Program-made: the position numbers and the translations under genes
Shown here: positions 24,664 through 35,449 of the stretch, one piece after another
Numbering within the stretch: the stretch's first letter is position 1
Layout of the letters: every line of letters starts with the position of its first letter
Assembly: GCF_000143415.4 (NCBI RefSeq)
Contig: NW_003314261.1
Span: 1,874,117 to 1,938,116, forward strand
From: Selaginella moellendorffii
Taxonomy: Eukaryota; Plantae; Lycopodiophyta
DNA: 64,000 bases
Reading direction: 5' to 3'
The notes under the pieces: model-generated
Databases searched by the model: none
Told to the model about the DNA's origin: nothing
Seen by the model: only the letters and a program-made list of their open reading frames with translations

Positions 24664-27600
24664 TCAACGCCTATACAATAATCTTGGAATTTCATCACTC
24701 TCCACACTATCAGGATTTAAACTCAATAGTAATGCCATCTCTTCTCTAATACGTCCACGCTCATGTTTAGTGGTCGAAGAACCCATCCGGTTGAGCAGAT
24801 TATGGAGATGTAGATAGTGCTTGGCTAGACAATATACATGCCATAAATGATGACTGGTGTCTGTCGGATCAAATGGCTTCTGATATACCGTTCCATCTGC
24901 CATTTGGTTGATTTCTACAGCCACCTCTTGGACTGGCCGGTTCTCTATCACCATCGCTCCAAGCCATTTTGCAAGGTCCCCCAGAACATACGGTTTCTTC
25001 TCCCTAGTTTCCATACTGCAAGAGATGGGGTGCACTGCATATGTGTGCGTGTTCACTGCAGTTTTAATCGGTGAGTCATCGATGATGAGGATTTCACTTG
25101 ACCTAGCAGTCCGGTTCATCACTACAGCCTCTGGCTTGACGAAGATGGGCTTGCTACCCCTCACATGGACCATAGTCAAGCAATCCTCCTGCGTTAGGAG
25201 AAAGTCAAATGGTAATATTACTCGCGTCTGATCGTGCATCATCTGTAGCAACGTTAATGCATTGTGGTGCATCATGGATGTCCAAACTCCCAATTGCAAA
25301 TTGAACCCGGCCCTCTGTTTTAAGTGTTGCATGGTCATTATTAGATCCCGCAGTTTCTCCCGTGTGATTAATGTGAATCTGTCTCTTTTGACCAACTTGC
25401 GACCGCAGGCTTTGGAGGGTGCAGTGACATTCGAGGACGAGCCACGCTCATGGGAGAAAAGGACACTGTTCAGATAAAAAACGATACAGTACCTTCGCCG
25501 TGACTCTGAAATGAAATGCGTCAGCATAAAAAATGGTACAAGTCAATTTTACCATCTACAATATTAGCGAATGGTGCTCCCGATGGTTGTTGAGAGGGTT
25601 TTGGTCGAGGAAACGTGAAGGGCGGAAATACTCTCTTCTGCAATGTGGGGTCAATCGCATCCGATGGCATGTGGGCACATGCCATTTCAGCTGTAGACTC
25701 TGGTACAACTGACTCAACAGTGGCATGGGGTGGTTCCGATGGCGTGTGATCACACGCCATTTCAGCTGGTGCTTCCATTGGCAAAGTGGACATGACTGAA
25801 CAGGCAGCAGGGGCGGTGTAGGGAGGTTCCAATGGCGTGTAGTCAGACGATTGGGCACACGTTGAGTCCGTTGGAAATGAGGATACGACCGGCTCGGCGG
25901 CTGGGGTGGCCTCATGCGGGTCCAATGGCCCCTAGTCACCATCAGTTGGATACGTGGACAAGATTGACTCAGTGGTATGGGCAGCATCAAGTGGAGCATG
26001 GTCAGCTTGCTTGGCGTTGATATGGATAGTAGCCTCCACCAGCTCTGATGACTCTTGCAGGCAAGTAGAGTCCACTGGCGGATCCATATGCATGTCCAAA
26101 TATCTCCCTTCGATTGAGATGGTATCCTCTCTACTGGCTACTAAAAACAAACTCATTAGCACATTGAATCGACTATACTATATTTACCATCAACTGCTAT
26201 TGAGGAACTAGGACCGATATCACTTGGGCGCACTGCTGATTTTGAAGGATTGGACATACGTTTCGACCCTTGCTTGGCACTATCCTTCCTCGACACTAAA
26301 GGCTAGAGTTTTTATCTTAATTCAACTGAATAATCTCTACTTACCATTTGCTCTGCGACCTACATGGACAATGTTAGAAATGGTAAAAGGTTAGGAATGG
26401 ATGTACTATTATTTACCTAATGGTTTGTTTTGTATGACCTTCCTCCGCTGCTCTTTGGCCACCTCAGGCTAGCCATCGTCGTCATCATCGTCGTCGTCGT
26501 TATTGTGATCATCACCATTGTGAGGACCATCCAAGTCCTCTTCGTCCTCCTCTTCTTCGTCCTCCTCTTCTTTGTCCTCCTCTTCGTCCTTCTGCTCTTC
26601 TTGCTCATTATCTTTCTCTGGCTCCTCATCCCCCTCCTGCATTTCTTCCATAGGTTGCTCAGGCTGGATAGCTTGTTCTTCCAGGACCATCTTGGGAAAA
26701 TCATCTGGCCGAGTCTCCATCTCAAAATACAAGACATCCATAGCCTGTTTTAGTGTGTGACCTAGGACCGTATCCTCACCCGATTGTCTTAACATGGTTT
26801 CTGCACGTTCTTGCACCCTTCGAAGACGACGAGATGAGAAAAACGTGGCCCTAACTTGAAAAGCATCCCTCATCCATTGTACCTCTCCATTGAGATTGGG
26901 GAAGGGGAGTCCGCCATAGGAATCTGAGTCAGGAGGTGGTGACTGGCTGCTTTCACTCAGCCCTTGATCTGCAATGAATGGCATGAGCACACATGCCATA
27001 ACCGCGAGGCATTACCTATCATCTTTTCGTTGCCCTTCTTCCTTTTCGAATCAAACGCCTCTGATCCCGATGACTGTCCAATGTGCTTTCGCTTTTTATG
27101 ACCACTGTCAGTTTGAGCTTGGCTGGTGCTTGCCTGTTTTGCCTTTGAAGAAGTGTCTCCTGCAAGGAATGGCATGAGACTACATGCCATTGCAAATATA
27201 ATTTGTACCTCCTTTTTTCCTATTGCTTGTCTGTTTGTCCTTCTTCGACACGCCACCAGTGCGCTTTTCAGTCCTCGTGTCTGAATATTCACAACGATCT
27301 ATAATCAAAATGGCATGAGGCCTCACGTAACCTTGCCTTGTGCAGGTTGTGAGCTCGGCCCAACATAGGTATCTTCAACAGTAGCTGTTAACACCATTTC
27401 AGCATCTGGGGTGGCCACGCTCCTGCATACAGAGCTTGTGAGATAACATTTAAACTTAAAGTGCGTACTCACCAGGTTCGCAGAGAAGATACTGTTTTTC
27501 TTTGGCAACTGTAATTATATGCTCCATTGAAGTCACCTCTTCAATGGAGTTTGTCACCGCAACACACGGGACACCCTTGAGTAGTGCGGCTCGAAAGAAT

Positions 27601-30260
27601 AGTCCGCCACAGTTGTACTCGACAACGCATTTGCCCTTGGAGTCGGAAGCAGGTGACCCACCCGCTATTGTGTTGAAGACCCAGCTGAGCATTTCACATG
27701 CTGCACCTGGAGCTTTCTCTGGATTCGAAAGCTCCATAGCTGTCTTTAGTTCCTCAGGCACAGGTAAATTGACCTCCCTCAGATCAATTCGATCAGCTTT
27801 GTCGAACGAAGCTGGGAAGTCACTCCAGTCCCACTCTGCTGCAGGACCAATAACAAAGGCGAGTGTGAAGATGCGGACATTCGTCGGTATCTTCTTCTTA
27901 GCCATTATCCCATGGATCTCCCGCATCTCCTTGCCTTTCAACCGAGCCTTCACCTTGTTCAAGGCCTTCCAGAACTTGTGATAGGATTTGGAGTTGTAGA
28001 TCATATAGTGGACTGAAGATTCCACCTTCGCAAGTCCCACCATTAAGTCAATGATGGAGCTGACTTCGTCTGCATGAGTGATCTCCTCGTTTGTGAAGTC
28101 CATCACACAAAAGATGTTCTTGACCTGCTCATCTCCGCGGGAAATGATGCTCCTCCACCTTTGATCCTCATCCGAATTCACGTATACCCGGTAAGGTTCT
28201 CGATAGGCCTCTGCTGCGGGGTTGAGCTGTTTCTGAAGCCAGCGGTCGACATCCCTCTTAATGAAATTTGGATACTGATCCAACTTCTCAGTTTTACTTT
28301 TCGTGGCATCCCGCAGTAGATCGATGAACTTGGGGCCCCCTTCACGTACTCGTCGATGTCTTCATTTGACAACTCCAGCTCTTCCATCATCTCTTGCGTG
28401 GTGTCGATGCTCACCCTCTCCATGGCCACTTGCTCGAAGATCCAATCCTTCAATAGTGCACGAGCTCTCAGAGTCGTGCACAAGTCCTCGTATGTCACAA
28501 TATGGCCGGGAGTCATTTTGGTCTTGTTGAAGACTACCTCACCACGTAGAAGAGCACTAGTCACTGTCAGAAGGTCGTCGTCGTCTAGAGACCGCGAGAA
28601 ACGCAAGGCATTGAGCTTCAAATCATTGGGCTTCCGGCCGTCCTCCACACCCATTGAGTTTAGCAACTCCCCGTCATGGTACCTCCTCAGCACATCTACC
28701 TATTTGTCAAAAACAACTTTTGTCGCGAGTAGAATGTTATGGATGCTGAGTGTGTCATTGACCCCCAGTGTTTTTGAGAGAAGACTCAAGAATTCCTGCA
28801 ATGGAAATGGCGTGAGGCCACATGCTATGCCACATGCAACGAGGCTTACCTGCCAGGCGCTAGTTGCTAGTGCACGTCCTTGTCCTGGTTTTTGTGGCTT
28901 CTTCAGTTGAACCCAGAGCTTCTGTGTTCGTGCCAATGTCTCGTGCAGACCCGATTTGTAGCACGTTTCTTGCTTGACATTCTGCGCGTGGGAGATGTAT
29001 ATGATAGATCGGAGGGGCGAGTTGCCTTTTATCAGGCGGACAACTCTTGTCTTGAAGACTTTCTTCACCTTCTCGCCCACCATAATATCCACAACTATCT
29101 CTTGCATCGCCAAGCTAGAATGCTGCCCAGAGACGGCATAGAACCGGATGTTCCGATCGTCCAACACCTTCCTATTGATCAAGTCTGGAAACCTCGTCTC
29201 GCCCTTCATTGTTCGGTAGTAGGGGATCACGTCTGCGATGTCGGGTGTTACTGGACTTGCCAGCATCTTCTACTTCAGTTTCTCCACCCACTCATCAGAT
29301 ACTAGCCTGTGGTTGTATTTGCTTTGGATGTCGATACGGCTCACGTCGATTGTATATACTTTGTTGGAATAGTAACAAGTACTATTATCTGCGACGATTT
29401 TTGCTGCCTCTTCTTGCTCTTTCTGCTCTTTGCGGCTCTTCTTTTTGGTGGGTGTAGTGTTCAAACCCGAGGCAATGGCATCACCGAGTAGCTTCTTTTT
29501 TGGAGCAGGAGAGTCGGACGTCGGCTTGAGCTTGACCACCCTTTTCTGCTTCGGGGTAGTTTCCAGATCGACCCCCTTCCCCTTCGCTTCGCGAACTAGA
29601 GGCACTCTCAACGGCTCAATGTTGGAATATAGTTTTTGAACATCACTGTAGGTGAGGTCCGTGGATTCCATGTGATCTTCATAGACCCGCAGCGTCTTTG
29701 AAATTGTAGGCCTCCTGGACAACCTCTCCCTAGCTCCCTCTAGCGATTCCTCATAGCCGCTGCCCCCCTCCGGGAAGCCGCTAGGATGTGCAAGGTGGAT
29801 CTTGAAGGCAGACGCTGTCTCTACCACAAGTGCCAGTCCATATTCTTGCATGGAACTGCATAGAGTGTCTGTCACTTGGATGAGGATCCCCATGCATTCT
29901 TTTCTCCCACCATCTGTGTTGTACAGCCTCAGATCCTCGCCTTCCATCCCGAAAGTCCAACTGGTGAGCTCCTCCCCCTTCTCTGCATCCACATTGACAG
30001 TGGCTGGAAGAAGAATGCAATTCCTCGCCTGTTCAGAAATGCACAACAATTAGAGCTGACAGATGAAAAGCTAGCAGCTGGAAATAACGTGAGGCCACAC
30101 GCCATTCACCACTGCATCAGATGTCTTGAGGCTGCATCCTAAGATGGCGTGAGGCTACACGCAATCTGTAACCGGACTGCACTCGAGAGCCCAATCGGTA
30201 CATGCCAATGTTGCTACTGAACGGCATGTGGCCTCATGCCATTTTCTACTTGGCCTAAAA
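24664..30260 (-). pseudogene. Multi-exon cargo gene: ParB/Srx-like domain, degenerate MTase-like fold, acidic tract, FCP1/NIF (HAD) phosphatase-like domain
   Basis: ParB-like: IDVSRIDIQ..NHRLVSDEWVEKL..FYAVSGQHS. MTase-like: EMLSWVF..KCVVEYNCGG..RAALLKGVPCVAV. D/E tract at 26469-26660. FCP1-like: CIVFYLNSVL..GVWTS..QEDC..LIIDDSPIK..N..AVHP. GT-AG introns of 47-54 nt link the ORFs. Two in-frame TAG stops (29270, 28700) and a frameshift near 28320. Confidence 0.65.
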
Positions 30261-30399
30261 GACTTACCATTTGAAGCCGAATGGAGGCGTGACAATCGAG
30301 GCTGGACTCGCTGGCAAATGTGCACTGTGTGTGCAGCGGATCGTAGCAGCAAGGCTACTCTGCCACTTACAGTTGGAGAGTGGCGCTGAAATCTCCCGG

Positions 30400-30660
30400 G
30401 ACGCCAAGTGGGCTGCGTGTGGGTGGCGGAGTGGGCGGCGGAGTTGGCGGCGAAGTTACAAACTGGGTGTGTCTTGAAGTGGACGCCGATGCACACAAGC
30501 GCGATGCAAGCGCGAGTGGACGCCGATGCACACGAGAAACCTGTAGAGAAGGTAGATGAGCGCGAATGTGAGCGTGATCACGAGTGGGAGCGCGATGCGA
30601 GCGCGAGTGTGCGAGCGCGAGTACGAAGCAAAATGCAAAACCTAACCTCACACGCGCAAA
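30400..30660. promoter_or_regulatory. CpG-rich low-complexity 5' region of the cargo gene
   Basis: Dense CG/GCGAG repeats in an otherwise CpG-depleted window; a similar tract with 30-bp tandem repeats lies at 32060-32260 upstream of the transposase. Confidence 0.45.
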
Positions 30661-31299
30661 ATGTCACGACGGTTGGTAATCCCACAACGTCATTATTCCT
30701 CGGACTTGGGCGCCACCATTAATTTCTGGATCACCGCACGCATGCATGCACGTGAAATCCAAAAGAAATCCGCAACGTTATCATTCCTCGGACTGCATGC
30801 ACGCGAAATCCAAAAGAAAGATCATGATTGGGATATCATTTAATACCCTCGCTATATTTATACCATGCATGATTGGATATTCCAAAGCATCTTGTATTTC
30901 CAAAAATGCCAGATGTTCAGCTAAATAAAGAATGGTATACAATGTCCTTCTTGATGACCCTGCAAAGAAGCATCTCGATCGGACACCACATGAGACCACA
31001 CGAGCCTTACAATGTTTCAGGGGCATTTGCCATAGATCCGACCATTATTTTGCTCCAAGATTTTACAGTTTGGTGTGCATTGACCTTTCCATCAACACTG
31101 CAAAGGGACATCACAATCAGATGCGGGATCATAAGAAACTAACTTCACTAACTCTGGTTTCACCAAGATCTATGTAAGGAGTTATGAAATGAAAGGACCC
31201 TCTCTATTGAAATGTGTTTATGGTCCTAGGGGCATTGTGACATATCAAAGGATTTTGCATCAAGTTCTGTATTTGCATGTTTATCAAGCTACTGAATTG

Positions 31300-31326
31300 C
31301 TAAACCCTAAACCCTAAACCCTAAAC
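31300..31326 (+). repeat. Interstitial plant telomeric repeat (CCCTAAA) x ~3.8 / telo-box cluster
   Basis: CTAAACCCTAAACCCTAAACCCTAAAC between the two divergent genes. Confidence 0.9.
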
Positions 31327-32620
31327 ATGTGGCAAATGCTGCGTGAAGAAAGATGCCCTTTCTGGGCAAATGCTGTAAGAGGCAGATGCCGAGCAGATGT
31401 ATCTCAGGCTAGCGAAGGGGACAAACGAAAGCTAGCTATAAACATGACGGGATGCAAATAGATTACTAGGCTGGTCCTGTGAAAATCAAAAACCATAATT
31501 GAAAACATTGAAAATGCAAAAAGAAAGGTTTATAATATTTTTGAATTTTAAGCAACCAAAGGAATGTAAGTAGGGCATGTGTTTGTAAGTTTAAAAATGC
31601 CTCAACCACTTAAATTCCCAAGTAAATAAAGCTGTTTCTATTTTTGGTACAGGTAAACTTTATAGCGTGTGGGCTCATGCAATTTTGAACCCAAAAATGC
31701 ACCAAAAAATGCTCGACTAGCATTATTCTTTGAATGGCGTGTGGCCTTATATTGCCATAAATGGACGTACACACACAGCATAATTATTCCTTTACACGGC
31801 GAATAATCTTGGCGCGGATCGCTGACATGGCATGGCAAAGTTCGAATCACTGACATGGCACAGCTGGATCGAGGCAAGGACATGATGTGACAAAGTTCAA
31901 CCTCCGACAGCAAAGTCTAGAAGCTACTCAGTTTGAAATTTGTCAAAGGAATCATAAGATCTGGTTTGTCAGAGGATTTGATGTGACGTTCAAGCGTGTG
32001 TTATTTTTGAATTCTTGAACTCATTCCTAGGTCTATCATTTTTGTGCGCCGTGTTCTTGGTTCCGCTGAGCGCAATGAGCGCTGCTTGTGTAAGCGGCGT
32101 TGTGAGCTGTGGTTTATGCGTCTACGAGCGGTTGCGGCATTGCGAGTGCCATTGCGAGCGGCAGTTTATGCGAGTGGCAGTTTGTGCGAGCGGCGCTACG
32201 AGCAGTTGCGGTGTTGCGAGCGGCGCTACGAGTAGTTGCGGTGTTGCGAGCGGCATTGTCTTTGGTGTGGCTACCGCTTCCTCTTGACATTCGGCACTTG
32301 TGCTTCCTGGTATGTTCACCATGGAATGGCTTAGGACCACATTTAGAAATGGCATGAGGCCACATGCCATCTTGGGCCCTTGCAATTTCATGGCTAGCGT
32401 ATTGTCATGTATGTTTTTACTTGCCTACAGCTGTGTGTATATCAAGATGGCATGAGGCCTCATGCCAATTTTGTGAATGCGAAATTTCACGTGGGTGTCA
32501 ATAGCATGTTTGAATAATGGCATGTGGCCTCATGCTATTGAGGTTGTTTGGTATGTTATGATTTAGGCCATTCTCCAATCATTTTTTGTATGGTCTTAAC
32601 TTCCTTTCTGCACTTTCAGA

Positions 32621-35449
32621 ATGGCCTCTGCAAGTGCGACGCATGTTCCCTCCATGGATCTTAAGAACCGTGCTACATGGATTCAGGCAAAGGTGTTTCT
32701 AAACAACCCCGAGGGGGAGCTGGTAGCTGAGGGCTTAGCCACAGTTGTTGATCCAAGAGATGCGGTTGCTAATCAAGAATTGGGCTGGGATGATATTAGA
32801 GTTGCGATTTTAGAGGTTGTTGACACAGAAGAAAACAATCTGACTATTGGAAGCATTGTGCGGTGGAAATTGAGGCACTTAGTGTTTGAGAATGTGAAGG
32901 ATTCACAACCAAACACCACTACAACTGATGACAGAACATCTCTTCATGGGAAAAAAAAGTACACCTTCCTAAAGCGCAACCAAAGGGATCTGAGCAACGA
33001 ACTGAAAAGGCAGAAAATGGCGATGGAGGTTCGAATGGTCTCGACAGTTGCTTGTTGCAAGAGGAGGTGCTGTCAACATGCTGATTGGGATGCTATTGAA
33101 GAGGAGAGAGCAAGATACAAGACATTGTCCTGGAAGGCAGCTCGCAATTTTGTGTATGAGGCATTACAGTCATCTGTTGATCCTTCAGAACATCAGGTGG
33201 GGGGCATGGTCTTCCAGAGGGGTTTAGTCTGCATGAAGGCATGGAGAATCATTTATGGAGTCCCTCGAACCACATTCTACAGAATCAAAACTGAGTTCGA
33301 GGAACAAAGGGTTCAACAGGCAGTCCATGGGAACGACGGTACTCACAAAACCAGGGATCATGTTGTATATGGAGAGGCAATCTTCAAGAGGTTTGTCGAG
33401 ACATGTAGCGAGCAGCAACCACATAAAACCCGCCTCTTGGAAGATGGAACTCGAGACACCCAACGAGTTCTCCCTTCCATGTATACCAAGGGGGCCATAT
33501 TGGAAGATGTGAATCGGGAACTCCAGAGTAATGGCTACAGGAAGCTGAGCCAATCTAGATTTAGTAGATTGTGGAGCAACAGGTTCAGGGATGTGAGTAT
33601 AGGAAAGTACTCCAGCTTTTCAAAGTGTGACGAGTGCACTGCTATCAAAATGGCTTTGTTGAAGAATTCTTGCAGTGCTCAAGAGCGAGAGACGTTGGTT
33701 AGAAGGCGGCTCGACCACAACATCGAGCAGAGAAGCTGCAGGACTGCATATTATCATAACAGGATTCTCTCCATGGAGAGACCTGACTCTTATCTCTACA
33801 TCATCCACGACAAAATGGACCAGAAAAAGACGTGCTTACCTCGACTCAATCCTGCCCCCAAGGCAATCTCTTCATCCATGCAGCTGCCTGTGTCTCTGTT
33901 TGGCATAATCGCTCATAGGCATGGTGCCCAGAAATATGGGAACTTCTTTGTACCTCTATGGGGTGGCGGGGGTGCAAACATGATGATTGCGTCCCTAGCA
34001 AAACACTTAAGGTCTCTGCAAAGTGCGCAGACTGAGCTAAACGGCCAACCCTTGCATAAGGCCCTTGTTGATAGAACCCCATACAGGGTTCAGCTGGAGG
34101 AGGAGCAAAAGCTTGCAGTATCGCATGGGGCCCCATGCCATCCCAGTGAATATGTTAGCCGTCAGATTGTAGGGTTATCACATGAGGCCTCATGCCATTC
34201 CGACGAGGCTGGTCGCCTGGTGAATGCACAGCCTCATTTAAACGAAGCAGAATCTCAAGGAAGTTCTTGCGGCCTATGTGGCCTTCCACCCCATCTTCTG
34301 CTCCAAACAGACAATGCTGGCAGTGAGAACAAAAACATGTACGTCTTCGCGTACTTGGCGATGCTTGTTGCCAAAGGCATATTTGAAACGGTTACACTTG
34401 GCTTTCTCATGGTTGGGCACACTCATGAAGATGTCGATGCCATGTTCAGTCACTTGGCAGAGTCCCTCCGGCGATCCAATGTCCTCACCCTCCCACAACT
34501 CTACGATGAATTCCAAAATTGCATCAAAAGCACTATTAAAGCTGCACTTGTGACAGAGGTTCTAGACTTTAAGGGGTTTGTAAGAGGCTACATCAGGGAC
34601 GGATCCAAAACGCTGATTGGCCACTCCAAGCCTCTTCAATTTCATTTCAGCATGCATGACGGTGCTCCAGTGATGAGGTACAAGATGAGAGAATGGGACA
34701 CAGTGTGGCTGCCAGTGGACGGCATTGAACTCTTCAAAAGAGATCCTATAACTGGGGAACCTATGATTCCTCAGGGTTCCCCACGGCCGATGCACCCGGA
34801 TGGACTCAAAGACCAGGAAAGTATAGTGGCCGGGATTAGACAGCATATTGCCTTCTGGAAGAGGGGGTTGGTGTTTTGTGGAGAATCCTATTTTAAGAGG
34901 TGCAAGCCTTTGCTCGAATACTGGGAGAAGATTATATCTGCTATCCAAAATGGGCCGGTTGTATATGAAGAATTGGAAGAGTCCTTTTGGCCAGAACCCA
35001 GAGCACCAGATAGTAGCGGAACAATGTCCTCTGGAAATGCAGTGACAGATAACGATGTTAAGGATCACTATTGTGGGCCGAGGAACAAGAAGCCGGATTC
35101 AGCATTCAATCCAGTACAGGTTTGCAAAGGAATGGTCGTGCTTGTCAGACCCAGTAATAAAAAACAAATGATATGGGTGGGGCGCTGCTGCATCACTGAT
35201 GCAGAGGAGGACGCGGAAACTAACTCCTTCAATGTAACTGTGGAGTGGTTCAAGCTAAGTTCCGGATATACGAAGGATTGCCTAGAAAAGAGATGGGTGC
35301 TGAATCCAAGGGATCCCAGCATGAGCATATCGGTGGATAATGTTGTGCATGGTTGGATGCGGAAGCAGAGTGCCACCATCACCTTGCCAGACCATGCAAG
35401 AGATGCAGCAAGAGCATTCATAACCCGGGTTCAAGGTGAGATTCATTAA
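32621..35449 (+). CDS. Sola-like DDE/D transposase, 942 aa, intact
   Basis: FSKCDEC, IIHDKMDQKKT, LQTDNAGSENKN and FLMVGHTHEDVDAMFS motifs; CCKRRCC and C..AW..IYG N-terminal motifs. The ORF is preceded by an acceptor (TTTCAG) and extra 3' exons are possible. Confidence 0.85.
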   Translation: MASASATHVPSMDLKNRATWIQAKVFLNNPEGELVAEGLATVVDPRDAVANQELGWDDIRVAILEVVDTEENNLTIGSIVRWKLRHLVFENVKDSQPNTTTTDDRTSLHGKKKYTFLKRNQRDLSNELKRQKMAMEVRMVSTVACCKRRCCQHADWDAIEEERARYKTLSWKAARNFVYEALQSSVDPSEHQVGGMVFQRGLVCMKAWRIIYGVPRTTFYRIKTEFEEQRVQQAVHGNDGTHKTRDHVVYGEAIFKRFVETCSEQQPHKTRLLEDGTRDTQRVLPSMYTKGAILEDVNRELQSNGYRKLSQSRFSRLWSNRFRDVSIGKYSSFSKCDECTAIKMALLKNSCSAQERETLVRRRLDHNIEQRSCRTAYYHNRILSMERPDSYLYIIHDKMDQKKTCLPRLNPAPKAISSSMQLPVSLFGIIAHRHGAQKYGNFFVPLWGGGGANMMIASLAKHLRSLQSAQTELNGQPLHKALVDRTPYRVQLEEEQKLAVSHGAPCHPSEYVSRQIVGLSHEASCHSDEAGRLVNAQPHLNEAESQGSSCGLCGLPPHLLLQTDNAGSENKNMYVFAYLAMLVAKGIFETVTLGFLMVGHTHEDVDAMFSHLAESLRRSNVLTLPQLYDEFQNCIKSTIKAALVTEVLDFKGFVRGYIRDGSKTLIGHSKPLQFHFSMHDGAPVMRYKMREWDTVWLPVDGIELFKRDPITGEPMIPQGSPRPMHPDGLKDQESIVAGIRQHIAFWKRGLVFCGESYFKRCKPLLEYWEKIISAIQNGPVVYEELEESFWPEPRAPDSSGTMSSGNAVTDNDVKDHYCGPRNKKPDSAFNPVQVCKGMVVLVRPSNKKQMIWVGRCCITDAEEDAETNSFNVTVEWFKLSSGYTKDCLEKRWVLNPRDPSMSISVDNVVHGWMRKQSATITLPDHARDAARAFITRVQGEIH

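Noticed and set aside
31300-31326. Chromosome end or healed break
   Set aside because: Only ~4 repeats, internal to a TIR-bounded element.
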